Positions 8,205 to 19,171 of a stretch of 54,070 bases of DNA are shown piece by piece. The notes below the pieces were generated by a model, which was not told the DNA's origin, searched no databases, and saw nothing but the letters and a program-made list of their open reading frames with translations. Position numbers and translations under genes: made by a program. The DNA lies in IMG/VR virus record IMGVR_UViG_3300013767_000067, positions 1 to 54,070 of that record; one strand, given 5' to 3'. This DNA is from a virus. Its lineage: Duplodnaviria > Caudoviricetes. Positions within the stretch are counted from its first letter, which is position 1, and every line of letters begins with the position of its first letter.

Positions 8205-11200
8205 CGCTTTGCCTCCAGGGTTAATAGCGAACGGGCGCCAATCGTGGCCGAACTTGGCACGGGCACCCATATTTGCAGCGTGTAGGTGTGCCACCCTGCC
8301 GAAAGCCAATCCCCCCTCGACAACGAAACATTGCCACCTCCATCTGGCGGCGAAGCAACGCTACCTATGTTCACCTGACCGCCGTCCCTCAGAATTCGCC
8401 ACTGCATGTAGCCGTTGGTGCGCCCCCCGCCCGAAACAGTTGAGTACAGGCCGGTGTACAGATAATTCATCCAGAGCATGACCCACTCACCGGATGTATA
8501 AAAACTGATCTCCTGAACCGTACTCCACGTGCTGGGCGCAATAATACTTGCCTCGGCATACGCCAGATTCGGCGCTGTAATGGCACGGCCGGCAATTTTC
8601 AGGGTGTCGACTGACAGGTTCTTGATCCACGAGCCATGCATGCCGCCGGCATCGACGACCACGTTGCCGTAACCGTCGCGCACCGTCAGGTTGCGGGTAT
8701 CGATCTGCCCGGCAGTGAGCTGGCCCTTGATGTAGGCCGAGCCCATGCCAGTCATGTCGACCACCACATTGCCGTTATCGTCCTTAATGGTCAGGCGGCG
8801 GGTGTTGATCCGGTCGGCATCAATCCCCTCGGCCATGATCGCCCGCGATGTCAGTGTGCCGTCGATGATCATGTCGCCGGCAAGACCCGCCGCCGGCTGG
8901 CCGTTGATCGTGCCCACGGTGAACACCTGGCGCGAACCCGTGCCATCCGGCAGCGACACCGCGAACTTGTCGGCCAAGATGTCGAACTTCGAGCCGTTCT
9001 TGTCAGCATACGCTGCCCAGCCCGCCACCTTGTTTTCGGCCGTGACCTGCAGCAGCGCCTTGGACTTCACCCCGTCGATCACCTCCTGTTGCGACTGGAT
9101 GCTGGCCGTGTGCTCGCCGACGGTGCTTTGCAGCGTGTCGATGCGTTGCGCCGCGGCGCTGTCCGCATTCGACCGCACGGCCTGCTCGGTCTGGATCGCC
9201 GCCGAGTTGGTGTCGGTTTTCGCCTGCAGCTGGGTCAACTGTTGCGCCAGCGCGCCGTCACCATCAGCCCGCGCGGTCGACTCATCACGGATCGCTGCCG
9301 TATTGCCAGCGACCGTAGCCTGCAGCGCCGTCAGGTCGCGAACCTGCGCCGAGTCAGCCGTTACCCGGGCGGTGGACTCCCGCACCAACGCCGCGGCGTT
9401 GTCAGCAATCTGAGCAGCCAGGGTCAGCGCATAACGCGCCTGGGCCATCAGGTCGTCAGCCTGAGCGGCTAGCTGCTGCTGGGCGGTGGCGGCATGCACT
9501 CGCTGCAGGCTGCGCAGCGCGTCGTCGGCCACCACCCCACGCAATGCCGACTCGGTCAGCGCATCGAGCGCCGCAGCATTGCCGGCAACGCCGTCCTGCA
9601 TGCCGACCACCTTGCCGTCGACATAGGCTGCGTCGACCTTCTGCGTGATCTGCCCAGCCAGCTGCTCGATGCTCGATTCGGCCGCCGTCAGCCGGTTGCC
9701 CTGTTGGGTCACCTGCAGGTTGGTGGCGGTGATCGCGCCGGTGGCGGCATCGAGCTGGAACCCCAGCTCGCGCAACCTCGCCTCGACGTCGGTGGTGATC
9801 TGCGCGATCGCCTTCAGCCGGATCTGCCCGGTGACCGGGTCGACCTCGGTCGTGGCGTCGGTAATCGCCCCCTCGCGGCGCAGCCGGTTGAGTGCGTCAT
9901 CGACCTTGGTCAGCAACTTCAGCGCCGACTCGGTCGCGCCATTGGCCGAGGACTCGATCGCCGGGATCTTGCCGATCGGCGTGCGCAGCTCGTCGGTCAG
10001 CGCGTCACCGCCGATCGAGCCCTGCAGCTGCTCCAGCAACTTGGACGGGTCTTTGATCGTCGTCGCGCTAGCGCTGACCGCCGCCGAGACGTTGCCCCAG
10101 CTGTCAACGATGCGCAGCTCATAATCGACCCGCACACCGATCGACAAGCCCTGATGCACCCAGTTGCTCGATTCGCGCGGCAACTCGGTCAGCAGTACCA
10201 GGGGGCCGCCTCCGGTACTGGCGTACAACCGTACCGACTTCAGTGCCGGCATGTCCGGCCAACTCCAGCGCAAGCTGATCTGTCCGGGCTCGCCGGTGGC
10301 GGTGAACACCGGCGCTGGCAACGGCGCCACCTGATTGCCGCGTACCGTCAGCGACTGCACGGCCGGCGCCGAGATACCGGTCGCGAACACCGCCGACACG
10401 CTGGCCTCGTAATCGCCCGGCTCCAGGTCGATGGCCGCGTGCGTGTCAGGCACGCTGCGCTCAGACCAGGCGCCGTCGACGCGCCGCCAGCGCAGCAGGT
10501 AATGCGTCGCGCCCTGCATCGCTGGCCAGCTAGCCGTCATTACCGCCACTCGGCGGCCGTCGCCGGTGATCCGGGTAGTTTCGGCCAAGGTCAGGAAGCC
10601 GACGATCGGCGGCAGCGTCGTACTGTTGCCGGTGCTGCCCTGGAAATTGCCGTTCTCGGCGGCGTAGTAGGCCGGCACGTCGTCGGCCGCGACGAAGCGC
10701 ACCCGCTCGCCATCGGGCGACGGATGCACCTCGACGATCTTTACCCGCCGGCCCGGCTTGGCGCCGACGTCGTAGAACCACAGCCAGTCATAGGGCACCT
10801 GGTCGGTGGACTCATCCGGCACCGGCAGCGGGCCGCCGTTGTCGCCAGTCGGGATCAGGTCGGTCAGCGTCAGCGCGCCGGCCTCGCCCGAGCCGGTGCG
10901 CACCCGATAGGTGGCATAACGGCCATCAGGGAAGCGGATACCCACCCAGGCGCCCGGACCGAGCGGCACCGAGCGATCGAGCTGCAGCTTGCCGCGGGTG
11001 CCACCGACCAGCCGGCCGGAATGCGACCAGCTGGCCATGTCATGACTCAGCAGCACCACGTCACCGCGTCCAGCCACGAAGCCCTCGACGTCGGTTTCCC
11101 AGCTGGTGCGCCGGCGGTGATAGAGCTGGCTGGCGGCAATCAGGTTGGCCTCGCGGCCGGCCTGGTCGGCACTCGTGACACCGGTCATGTCGAGGGTCAC

Positions 11201-12937
11201 GGGATTGCCCGGGCTGATGACGCCCGGCACGGCTACGCGCACCGAGTCGGCGGCCCAGTTCTTCGCCTCGTTGGCGAAGTTCAGGATCACTTCGTCGGCG
11301 ACCTTCTCGCCGGTGTAGTCGATGGTGAACGAGCCGGCGGTGATGTTGGCCGGGCCGAATACCGCCACGATCGGCAGATCGGCCTGATCCCAAATCACAC
11401 TGAGCTTGCCAGGCTGCCAGGTGTAGCGTGCTCGACCGGCCCGGGCGATGGTGGTCAACAGGTCGGCGATCGACTGCTTTTGATCGAGCACCATACTGAC
11501 GGCCAGCCGGTTGGCGTCGCACCAGGCCGCCCAGGCTTTGATCGCCTCGATGTCGATACGGGTATCGGCCAGGCCGCCACCGTAAAGCCGGCGCCCCTTG
11601 GCGTCGCGCTTGCCACGGGCCGCCCAGAGATACCACCAGGCCGGATTGGTGGTCGGCTGCGTCACCCAGGCCGAACCGGTCCACACCGGGCAGGACGCCA
11701 CGGCGATCGCTGACAGCTCGTCGACCGCGCCGTTCAGCTGGGCGCTGGCTTTGATCTTGAGGCCGACCCGGCGTTGGCCGGTGTAGTCGGTGCTGTCGTA
11801 GCGCAGCGTGCGCAGCGCCGACAGCGCCACGTCGTTGCGCTCACGCGAGCTGCTGACGTCGCCAGTCAGCTTGCGGAACCGCACTTCGTACTGGCCACGC
11901 GGCACAACGACGTTGATCGTCTGCCGTACCGGCGTCGGGCTATTGCCCCCCAGCGTGGCCTGACCGCCCGCCAAGGGAGACCAGCCCCCATTGGGCACCG
12001 CCCGATACTGCATTTCTACCGTCACGGTACGGGTGTCCATCCCGCCCTGGTCATTGGCGTAGTAGACCGACGCCTGCAGGTCGACGCCGAGGCCGATCGC
12101 GTCGGCGCTGCTGGTGCGCACCACCCAGCCGTCGGCGTTGGTGATTTCGCGCCCTTGGTTGGTGTCGACGTCGCCGAACATCGCCGGCAGTTGGCCATCG
12201 GCGGCGGCGTGGTAGACGTCGACGTTCTGGTAATACTGCAGCGGCGTGTCGCCGATCTTGAAGTCGGACAACTGCAGATCGGACTGCAGGCCGAAGTGAT
12301 AAGACTGATACAGGTACTGGTCCTGCCCGACGTATTCGGTAAACGGCTGCCCGGCCAAGTCCGGCACGATCCGGTGCCGGCCGATCACCAGCGGCATCGG
12401 CTCGAACGGCCGCTGGCGGTTGCGAGCGCCGGACAGCGCGTAAGTCGGCGAAGCCGCCGCGCCACCACCAAACCCGCCCAAGCCCGTGTCCAGTTTGGGC
12501 GGCGGCAGCAACGCATTGACCAGCAGCGAGCCGCCGATCATCACCGCGGCCGAAGCCATCGCCCCCGCGGCTGACCCACCATAAGCGGCAGCCGCAGCAC
12601 CACCGGAATAGGCCGCCGCCACCGCGATCGCGATCATCGCCACAGTGCGCAGCATTTTATTGCCACCGCCACCGCCGCCACGCACCACCGCGCGAATCAC
12701 CACGCTGTCACCGGTTTTGAGGCGGTAGCGCGCCCAGTCCTCGACGGCGTAACCGTTGACCATCACCGCCACTGGGCCGTTCGCCACCTCGATGCCGTTG
12801 CGACGCACATAACCGCCCAGCGTCTCATTGCGGGTGAACGGCAGGTAAGCGACCTGGCGACCGTCCGCCGTCAGCGGGTGCGGCAAATTGACCAGCCGCG
12901 GTAGTGCCTCGCGGGGCAGATCGTTCAGGTTCGCCAT
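8201..12937 (-). CDS. Tail tip / host specificity protein (lambda J-like) with FN3 domains and coiled coil
   Basis: ~1580 aa; TTNPAWW, FN3-like segments, Ala/Gln coiled coil, SKFDILADKFAV. Confidence 0.9.
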   Translation of the reverse strand: MANLNDLPREALPRLVNLPHPLTADGRQVAYLPFTRNETLGGYVRRNGIEVANGPVAVMVNGYAVEDWARYRLKTGDSVVIRAVVRGGGGGGNKMLRTVAMIAIAVAAAYSGGAAAAAYGGSAAGAMASAAVMIGGSLLVNALLPPPKLDTGLGGFGGGAAASPTYALSGARNRQRPFEPMPLVIGRHRIVPDLAGQPFTEYVGQDQYLYQSYHFGLQSDLQLSDFKIGDTPLQYYQNVDVYHAAADGQLPAMFGDVDTNQGREITNADGWVVRTSSADAIGLGVDLQASVYYANDQGGMDTRTVTVEMQYRAVPNGGWSPLAGGQATLGGNSPTPVRQTINVVVPRGQYEVRFRKLTGDVSSSRERNDVALSALRTLRYDSTDYTGQRRVGLKIKASAQLNGAVDELSAIAVASCPVWTGSAWVTQPTTNPAWWYLWAARGKRDAKGRRLYGGGLADTRIDIEAIKAWAAWCDANRLAVSMVLDQKQSIADLLTTIARAGRARYTWQPGKLSVIWDQADLPIVAVFGPANITAGSFTIDYTGEKVADEVILNFANEAKNWAADSVRVAVPGVISPGNPVTLDMTGVTSADQAGREANLIAASQLYHRRRTSWETDVEGFVAGRGDVVLLSHDMASWSHSGRLVGGTRGKLQLDRSVPLGPGAWVGIRFPDGRYATYRVRTGSGEAGALTLTDLIPTGDNGGPLPVPDESTDQVPYDWLWFYDVGAKPGRRVKIVEVHPSPDGERVRFVAADDVPAYYAAENGNFQGSTGNSTTLPPIVGFLTLAETTRITGDGRRVAVMTASWPAMQGATHYLLRWRRVDGAWSERSVPDTHAAIDLEPGDYEASVSAVFATGISAPAVQSLTVRGNQVAPLPAPVFTATGEPGQISLRWSWPDMPALKSVRLYASTGGGPLVLLTELPRESSNWVHQGLSIGVRVDYELRIVDSWGNVSAAVSASATTIKDPSKLLEQLQGSIGGDALTDELRTPIGKIPAIESSANGATESALKLLTKVDDALNRLRREGAITDATTEVDPVTGQIRLKAIAQITTDVEARLRELGFQLDAATGAITATNLQVTQQGNRLTAAESSIEQLAGQITQKVDAAYVDGKVVGMQDGVAGNAAALDALTESALRGVVADDALRSLQRVHAATAQQQLAAQADDLMAQARYALTLAAQIADNAAALVRESTARVTADSAQVRDLTALQATVAGNTAAIRDESTARADGDGALAQQLTQLQAKTDTNSAAIQTEQAVRSNADSAAAQRIDTLQSTVGEHTASIQSQQEVIDGVKSKALLQVTAENKVAGWAAYADKNGSKFDILADKFAVSLPDGTGSRQVFTVGTINGQPAAGLAGDMIIDGTLTSRAIMAEGIDADRINTRRLTIKDDNGNVVVDMTGMGSAYIKGQLTAGQIDTRNLTVRDGYGNVVVDAGGMHGSWIKNLSVDTLKIAGRAITAPNLAYAEASIIAPSTWSTVQEISFYTSGEWVMLWMNYLYTGLYSTVSGGGRTNGYMQWRILRDGGQVNIGSVASPPDGGGNVSLSRGDWLSAGWHTYTLQIWVPVPSSATIGARSLLTLEAKR

Positions 12938-13311
12938 CGGTAATATCCTTCTACGGTGTAGCCATGTCGACCGAGTTCGCGCAGCCGCTGCCGCACTACA
13001 AACCCAGCCCCTTCGTCGGCGTGCAGCACCCACCACTCGCCGGCCAGCTTCGCCATCACGCCGATGTGCTGCAGTCGGCCGCGTGCCGCCAGCAAGACCG
13101 GGTGTCCCTCGATTGGATCGGCGACCGACTCGGCAAGGTGGCCTCGCTCGGCGGCGATCTGCGCATTACGGCCAAACGGGGTGTCGGCATGCTCTCGCGG
13201 CAGCATCACCGCGATGCCGAGCACGTCGCGCGCCACCGTTTCGGCCAGCGACGCACAGTCGTATTCGCCTGCCACGTAATCGTGGCCGATGTAGTTGTCA
13301 GACCAGTGCAT
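12925..13311 (-). CDS. NlpC/P60-family tail protein
   Basis: YDCASL...HIGV...VLHA. Confidence 0.85.
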   Translation of the reverse strand: MHWSDNYIGHDYVAGEYDCASLAETVARDVLGIAVMLPREHADTPFGRNAQIAAERGHLAESVADPIEGHPVLLAARGRLQHIGVMAKLAGEWWVLHADEGAGFVVRQRLRELGRHGYTVEGYYRWRT

Positions 13312-13787
13312 CAGAATTGCCCCGGGGCAGTCAGCGGGTCGTAACGCACGGTGACCGCCGGCTGGTTGAGAATGTCGTCGAAGCCGAGTTGCGCCGACAC
13401 GGCTGTCTGATTGACCGAGATGCTGGTCATGTCGAACGTCACATCGAACTCGACAATGTCCGGCGTGCTGCGCATCACTTCCATCATGCGAGCCGTGGCA
13501 CCGACGCCACCGCCAGACTGCTCCAGCCAGGTCGTCAGCTCACGGCCGATGTTGTCCACCTCCAGCTGGGCGCGCGGTGCCTGGCCGTCGACGTCGTCGG
13601 CCTTGCCGACCCGAAACCCACAGGACTGGAACAGATGCCCCTCGACGGTGATGTCCTGGGTATCGTCGACCACCCGCACCGGCTCGGCCAGCAACGGGTG
13701 GGCGATTTCCAGCAGCACAAGCAGCGGCTCGATGGCGCTGGTGGCGTTGAGGTTGGTACGGGCGCGTTGCGAGTAACGGGATGGCAT
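13311..13787 (-). CDS. Minor tail protein (DUF1833-like)
   Basis: LLEIAHP...LEVDNIG...YDPLTAPGQF; position. Confidence 0.8.
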   Translation of the reverse strand: MPSRYSQRARTNLNATSAIEPLLVLLEIAHPLLAEPVRVVDDTQDITVEGHLFQSCGFRVGKADDVDGQAPRAQLEVDNIGRELTTWLEQSGGGVGATARMMEVMRSTPDIVEFDVTFDMTSISVNQTAVSAQLGFDDILNQPAVTVRYDPLTAPGQF

Positions 13788-13827
13788 CTGCGCCTCCTAG
13801 AAAGCAGAAGCCCCGCACTAGGCGGGG

Positions 13828-14184
13828 CTATCCGAGGGTTTCGAGTTGGCCGGTTGCGGTCCAGATCTCGATTGTTTGCGGCTTCCAATCGAGCTCGCCC
13901 TTCACGAAGCGGGCGCGCTTTGAGGTCCGTTCCACCGGGTCATACCAGGTAAACCAGCCAGTGCCGCCTTGCAGTTCGTTGCTCATCCAGGCGTCGAAGG
14001 CGAGCTTGTTGGCGCGTGAGGTGATCTGCAGCGATACCGATCTGGTCACAATCGGCATGGAGAACCGTCGGCGCTGCTTGGCGATGCCGCCATCCATGTC
14101 GGTGCGCAACACACCGAAGTCCGCTTTCTGGCCGAACCCAGTAAGCAGTACCTTTGCGTAGCTGGGGAACACAGGAAGAGCCAT
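13828..14184 (-). CDS. Distal tail protein (lambda M-like)
   Basis: VLRTDMDGGIAKQRRRF...GTGWFTW; follows tape measure gene. Confidence 0.75.
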   Translation of the reverse strand: MALPVFPSYAKVLLTGFGQKADFGVLRTDMDGGIAKQRRRFSMPIVTRSVSLQITSRANKLAFDAWMSNELQGGTGWFTWYDPVERTSKRARFVKGELDWKPQTIEIWTATGQLETLG

Positions 14185-17100
14185 TACGCCATTACCCCCT
14201 TCATTGCCTGCCGCATTGGGCCGTTCCGCTGCATGTCGGTCACGAACAGTTGAATCACGAAGCGCTGCAACTGCGCATCCCAGCGCGGCTGAGCGGCCGT
14301 TGCCTGGAGCGGCTGGTTCGACTGGTTGATCATCTCGACTTTAAAGTTGACAGAGGATTGCGAAGCCGCAGTGCTTGCCGGCGCGCCACGCGCTAGCCAA
14401 ACCGGCGAGCTATTCGACTGCACTGCACCGCCGTCCGAATAGCCGCGCCAGCGGCTGATAGCGACCATGCCGTGGCGCCGAAACGACTCCATGAAGTCCA
14501 TGGCACCTGGCTGGCGCATTACCTCTTGTGGCTGCACATACTCACCGGCATGGACGATGCCGGCCGGTTGGTACTTGCCCCCAGGGCCGGTGAAACCTCC
14601 GCTATCGAATGAGCCCGCCCCGAACATCGAGGCTGTAGTACCAGCTCCAGCCGATGCCCCCCAGGCTTCAGCGCCATACCCTGTGCCGGCGCTTGCCGTT
14701 GAACCACCACCAAACATGGAACCAATCGCGCCCGCCAACGGGCCGGTGATGCTTTGGCGCACCTGAATGCGGATCAGGTCGGCAATGATCGAATCCGCCA
14801 AGCTGGAGAAGCTGAGCTTGCCGTTCTGAACGAAGCTGACCAGCGAGTCCTCCATTCCCCCCATTGAGCGGGTGAAGGCGCTGCCGACATCGCCGGCGAC
14901 ATTGGTCGCGCTTTCCTCATGCTGTTTGAGCAACTGAGAAGCCGTCGACGCCCAGTCGCGGGTTTTCGCCTGCACCTGGTCGTACTGCTGCATCAAGTCG
15001 CCATAGGCCCGGCTGTTGACGTCGATGCCGTCGCGCTCCAGCTGCATACCGAAGAGCAGCCGATCACGGGCATCTGCGGTCAGCCCGATCACATCTGCCT
15101 GGCGCTTCAGCTCGTCGTTGTACTTGGCGACAGCCAGAGCTTGCCGGTTACCGACCTCCTGATTGGCCAGCTGCTGCGCCTGCCCCATTTCATCGTCGAG
15201 AGCTTTGATGCGTTTTTCGCGGTCGGACTTCTGCTTGGTGTTGAGCTTGTCGGTAGGTGCCTCGGCAAGCGCACGGCGCTCCGACTGCAACTTGAATAGC
15301 TTCTCTTCGCCCTGCGTCAGCTTCTCGGCGTAGACGCCATACTCGGCAATGCGTCGGCCGTATTCCTCGGCACTCCTGATGTCTGCGTCGAGTTTGGCAC
15401 CGGCCGACTCCATGCCAGTCAGGCCGCCGTAGGATGGGCCTTTCGGCCCCTTCTTGTGGCCTTGCTTGCCAGCCTTCTCAAGCTTGTCCTGGGCCTCTGC
15501 CAGAAGCTTTGCCCCCTCCTCTCGCGTATAGACACCCTCGGCAATCCCCTTCTTGATGTCCTCGATGTCCTTACGGATCGAGTCAGTTTGCGGGGTGTAT
15601 TTGTTGCTGAGGGAGTTGTACTTCGAGTAGTTGATGTCCCCGGCAGTCGTGGGGCGCTTGAGTGGCTTGCCGTCAGCGTCGTAACCCGCTCCGGCTAGCG
15701 CGTCGATGTTTTGCTTCTCTTTGCCCTGGCGCAACGCTGCCTCGGCCGCGAGCATCGTTCCACGAGCCAAGTCCAGTTTTTCAAGTAGAGCAATTCTGTC
15801 TCCACCTGACATGCCTTTCCCGAGTTTTTCGAAACGCTCATTCAGCTGGTTATATACGGTACGAGCCGTATCAGCCTCAGCCCTTAGCACCGTAACATTG
15901 GATTCTGCCAAAGCATTCTTGATCCGCTTCGCAGCCAATTCAGCCTTACTGGCAGCATGCCCAGCAGCTGCGGCAAGGTCATCCCAATAGACAATAAGAG
16001 CTCCGCCAGCAATGACCGCTGCGCCGAACCAACCACCAACCAAAGACAATGCGCCGTTGGCTAGAGTCTGTGCGACTGCCAAGCTACGTGCGGCAATGGT
16101 CGCTCTCGCAGTAGTTGCGGTGTATGTATTGGTCGCAATGTTCGCTGCTGCTGTGGCTTCCGCGGCGCGACCGGTCGCCACCGTTTGTGCATTGGCGGCT
16201 TCTGCCGCGGTCGTCTCGGCCGCTGCGAGTCTGGTGTCCGCTTCCGTTCTCGCGTTCGTCATTGCTAGGGCGTTGCTCTGGGCACGAGCCAGCCGCTCTT
16301 CTTCGGCGGAAAGTGCGGCTCTCGCCGTCATTACATCGGCGTCGGCGGCCGCCGAAGCGCGCTTTGCCGCGATGAGTGCCTCGTAGGAGCCCGCCTGCTT
16401 CATCGTGTCGGCAGCCCGAGCGCTTTCAGCCGCCTGAGCTTCACGAGCTGCCGTAGTGGCAACGGCTTCTGCCTGAGCCAGGCGTCCCTTTGCGGCGGCC
16501 AATGCTCCGGAGTTCTCTAGCTGCTTCAGCTCTCCGGACGCCAGTGACTCCATCAGGGACAAGCGTGTTTTCTCGGCCCGAACCTGTTCCAGTGTCATGT
16601 CCGCGACGCCCTTAGACGCTCTGGCCCTCTCAAGGCCGGCCATCGCCGCGTTTCTTTCAGCTTCAGCTCTCCGAGCCTCTACCGATGCCTGCTGCGCCAT
16701 GGCAATCGTCCGCTGGTTCTCGGCGGAAATGCCAGTTTGTACTGATTTAGCGTATTCCAGAATGCTGTTACCAGCACGCCCTGCTGCATTGGCGGCCACC
16801 AGTACGAGCGCACCTTCCAGTGCTACCCCGACCTCCTTGCCATGCTCCGATAGGTATTTCAGCGAGTCTGACGCCGCCGTTACGCCTGCGGTAAACGGCG
16901 CCATGAACTCTTGCCCTAGGCCGGACTTGAGATCGTCGGCATAACGCTTCATGGAGTTCAGCTGCTTCCCGGCTTCCCCCATGGCCGCTTCATAGGAGCC
17001 TGCAATGTCCTTGCCCTTGGACATCACCTCATTGACCCTGGCCTGCATCTTCTGGTGTTCCGACAGGTCGTTTGTCGAAATCTTGAGCTGGGCCGCGAGC

Positions 17101-17666
17101 TTTCTATAACTACCTTCAAAGTCGGCATTGATGCCGATGGTTCGAAGTACGTCGGTCTGGGCAGACTGGATGCCGTAAATCAGATTGGAATACGACTCGG
17201 ACGAGTTCATGTTGCCGATCACGGCTGCATCCTGCGCAATCCGGGCCAGTTTGGTTGCATCGGCCAAGTCGATATGCGCCTGGATCATGCGCGTGACGTT
17301 GTTGCGCGCCTCTACCGCAGAAATGCCGGTTTTGCGAAGGGCCTGCTCGGTGGCATTCAGCTCAGCGGTGCTGTAACTGGCATTTTTGCCAACCGTCCCC
17401 ATTACCACGCCGAGTACGTTGTAGCGCGCTGCTGCCAACGTGGCTTCTTTGGTGAACTCGACGATCTTCAGCCCTGCGTAAGCAGCAGCAAAGGCCTTCA
17501 CAGCGCTGGTCGCGCTGCCGAAAGCGCTTTCAGTCGTGGCTGCAAACCGGGAGATGCTGTTTTCGGTCGCAGAGCCGACCCGCTGAAGGTTCTGAAGCTC
17601 ATCGGTGCCACGCTTTACGTCTGAGGCTTCGACTTTGATGGCAAGAGTGGCGACGTCGAGGGACAT
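14184..17666 (-). CDS. Tail tape measure protein
   Basis: 1160 aa Ala-rich helical protein; lambda H-like C-terminus [41 protein letters not shown]. Confidence 0.92.
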   Translation of the reverse strand: MSLDVATLAIKVEASDVKRGTDELQNLQRVGSATENSISRFAATTESAFGSATSAVKAFAAAYAGLKIVEFTKEATLAAARYNVLGVVMGTVGKNASYSTAELNATEQALRKTGISAVEARNNVTRMIQAHIDLADATKLARIAQDAAVIGNMNSSESYSNLIYGIQSAQTDVLRTIGINADFEGSYRKLAAQLKISTNDLSEHQKMQARVNEVMSKGKDIAGSYEAAMGEAGKQLNSMKRYADDLKSGLGQEFMAPFTAGVTAASDSLKYLSEHGKEVGVALEGALVLVAANAAGRAGNSILEYAKSVQTGISAENQRTIAMAQQASVEARRAEAERNAAMAGLERARASKGVADMTLEQVRAEKTRLSLMESLASGELKQLENSGALAAAKGRLAQAEAVATTAAREAQAAESARAADTMKQAGSYEALIAAKRASAAADADVMTARAALSAEEERLARAQSNALAMTNARTEADTRLAAAETTAAEAANAQTVATGRAAEATAAANIATNTYTATTARATIAARSLAVAQTLANGALSLVGGWFGAAVIAGGALIVYWDDLAAAAGHAASKAELAAKRIKNALAESNVTVLRAEADTARTVYNQLNERFEKLGKGMSGGDRIALLEKLDLARGTMLAAEAALRQGKEKQNIDALAGAGYDADGKPLKRPTTAGDINYSKYNSLSNKYTPQTDSIRKDIEDIKKGIAEGVYTREEGAKLLAEAQDKLEKAGKQGHKKGPKGPSYGGLTGMESAGAKLDADIRSAEEYGRRIAEYGVYAEKLTQGEEKLFKLQSERRALAEAPTDKLNTKQKSDREKRIKALDDEMGQAQQLANQEVGNRQALAVAKYNDELKRQADVIGLTADARDRLLFGMQLERDGIDVNSRAYGDLMQQYDQVQAKTRDWASTASQLLKQHEESATNVAGDVGSAFTRSMGGMEDSLVSFVQNGKLSFSSLADSIIADLIRIQVRQSITGPLAGAIGSMFGGGSTASAGTGYGAEAWGASAGAGTTASMFGAGSFDSGGFTGPGGKYQPAGIVHAGEYVQPQEVMRQPGAMDFMESFRRHGMVAISRWRGYSDGGAVQSNSSPVWLARGAPASTAASQSSVNFKVEMINQSNQPLQATAAQPRWDAQLQRFVIQLFVTDMQRNGPMRQAMKGVMA

Positions 17667-17720
17667 GCGAGCTCCAAAAGAAAAAGGCCCGCCGAAGCGA
17701 GCCTTTATGAGTAAATTCAG

Positions 17721-18083
17721 TTAGCAGAGCTTATTCCATGCCTGTGCGAAATCAGGGTTCTGCTCTTCAAAAATTGTCGTTGATGGACCGGCATTGATAA
17801 ATCGTTGGTATCCAGACATGCCTCCAAAACCGTTCTTGCTATTAACCTCACCACAGACAGCATTGCCAGTAAATCTTACATTTCGGAATGCTGCACTCTC
17901 CGGATCTTTCAAAGCACGCCTTACCGCATCTTGTGCTGCGTACTCAAGGTCGCGTCCGTCTAACTTCTTTTCGGCCACTTTGTCGCTAGAGCGGCAAGAC
18001 TTAAATACGGCAATGGCAGCAACACATATGACAAAAAATATAAGCGCGGCTTTAAAAGAACCTTGATTTTTTGCGCCTGCCAT
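17721..18083 (-). CDS. Membrane-anchored moron protein (low GC)
   Basis: N-terminal TM; LKDPESAAF...VCGEVNSKNGFGG..GYQRF; own terminator at ~17680-17706. Confidence 0.75.
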   Translation of the reverse strand: MAGAKNQGSFKAALIFFVICVAAIAVFKSCRSSDKVAEKKLDGRDLEYAAQDAVRRALKDPESAAFRNVRFTGNAVCGEVNSKNGFGGMSGYQRFINAGPSTTIFEEQNPDFAQAWNKLC

Positions 18084-18144
18084 AAAGACCTCCCATCACG
18101 TAATGACAGGAGGGTAGCACTAGAGAGGCAGGCGTGTCAGTGGG

Positions 18145-18306
18145 CTACGAGTTCAGACCTGGCCTTGTGGCAAACGTCTCAGCCATCCTGGCCAGCCCTT
18201 TCGGCGTGACTAGCACCTGCTCGACGACCTTCTCCGAGCCATCCGATCGGCTGCAGGCCGCGACAGCCTTGCTCAGTTCTTCATTCTGTAGCTTTGTCAG
18301 TCCCAA
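18145..18306 (-). pseudogene. 53-aa remnant of a phage antirepressor (ANT/KilAC C-terminus)
   Basis: AAGGAG RBS, TTG start; MGLTKLQNEELSKAVAACSRSDGSEKVVEQVLVTPKGLARMAETF...; not in the ORF track. Confidence 0.6.
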
Positions 18307-18778
18307 GTTTTACTCCTTTCGTTTGAATTTCAGCCCCCATCAGCAACGCCGCAATTGCCTCACTACGCTGCTCGTCGTCCAGCTCTGCCCCATTGGCGCC
18401 ACCAAGGAATTCTTCGTCGGTCATTCCCTGGATGCTGAGCCACATCGAGTCCAGCCCCTTCAGTACCGCAACTTCCCAGTGCCGAGCTTCGCGGCCGGTC
18501 AGCCGCCCCCAGGCTTCTATCTCGGCAAAGGTGATCGACTGCGGCCCGTAGCCTGACGACTGCCGGGACGACGAAAGCTCGCAGAACCACAGCCAGAGGT
18601 AGATGGCTTCGTCTGCAAGCCGGTTGGGCTTGAGCAACCAGTGGGGCCGCTGGCTGGCTCGATAGGAATCGGCAAGCCACTGCCGGTAGGACTTGCCGTC
18701 TTTCAGCCGTTTGCCGAGTCGGAACTCTCGCTCGGCGTAACGGTGGACGGCGTCGGCAGTGGCTTGATGAAGTTTCCC
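18281..18778 (-). CDS. Tail assembly chaperone, -1 frameshift extension (gpGT-like)
   Basis: YLWLWFCELSSSR...ITFAEIEAW...LD..WL; entered through slippery site at 18772-18778. Confidence 0.8.
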   Translation of the reverse strand, partial: GKLHQATADAVHRYAEREFRLGKRLKDGKSYRQWLADSYRASQRPHWLLKPNRLADEAIYLWLWFCELSSSRQSSGYGPQSITFAEIEAWGRLTGREARHWEVAVLKGLDSMWLSIQGMTDEEFLGGANGAELDDEQRSEAIAALLMGAEIQTKGVKLGTDKATE

Positions 18779-19170
18779 AGGTGGGATGCCTCGCTGAGCA
18801 CGGCATCCCGGACCCAAGGGGCGCGGCGGAACAGCGCCCGGGTGGTCGATTCGTCGCACGCGAGCGGGTTGCCTGCATTCTCGACCCCTACCCAGCCGGC
18901 CAGACGGCTCAATGCGATGTCGTCCAGCACCCGGTTGCGCTCGTCCAGAGACAAAGGATCGGGCCGATCCTTGCCGGCCGCCTGTGCGGCGGCCATGCGG
19001 GACACGTCCTCGTCGTGGTGCTTGCGCGCCATGGCCTTGGCCGAAGCCGACTCGTTCGACCAGACGGTGAGCTTGGCGCCAGTGTCCTCGCCGGTGATGT
19101 AGTGGAGCAGATCGAAGGTGTGCGTCGCCTCGCCGATGGCGAGGCGCTGATCGTTGATGTCGAGTGCCAT
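18703..19170 (-). CDS. Tail assembly chaperone (gpG-like)
   Basis: Between tail tube and tape measure genes; G GGA AAC near its 3' end. Confidence 0.8.
   Translation of the reverse strand: MALDINDQRLAIGEATHTFDLLHYITGEDTGAKLTVWSNESASAKAMARKHHDEDVSRMAAAQAAGKDRPDPLSLDERNRVLDDIALSRLAGWVGVENAGNPLACDESTTRALFRRAPWVRDAVLSEASHLGNFIKPLPTPSTVTPSESSDSANG
18772..18778 (-). other. Programmed -1 frameshift heptamer GGGAAAC
   Basis: CTG GGA AAC in G frame; -1 frame reads GKLHQATAD into the downstream ORF. Confidence 0.85.
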
Positions 19171-19171
19171 G

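Noticed and set aside
4578-8300. Invertible tail-fibre cassette
   Set aside because: No invertase, no oppositely oriented fibre ends and no inverted crossover repeats noticed
9494-11713. 739-aa plus-strand ORF and similar long antisense ORFs
   Set aside because: Shadow frames of GC-rich structural genes; no motifs
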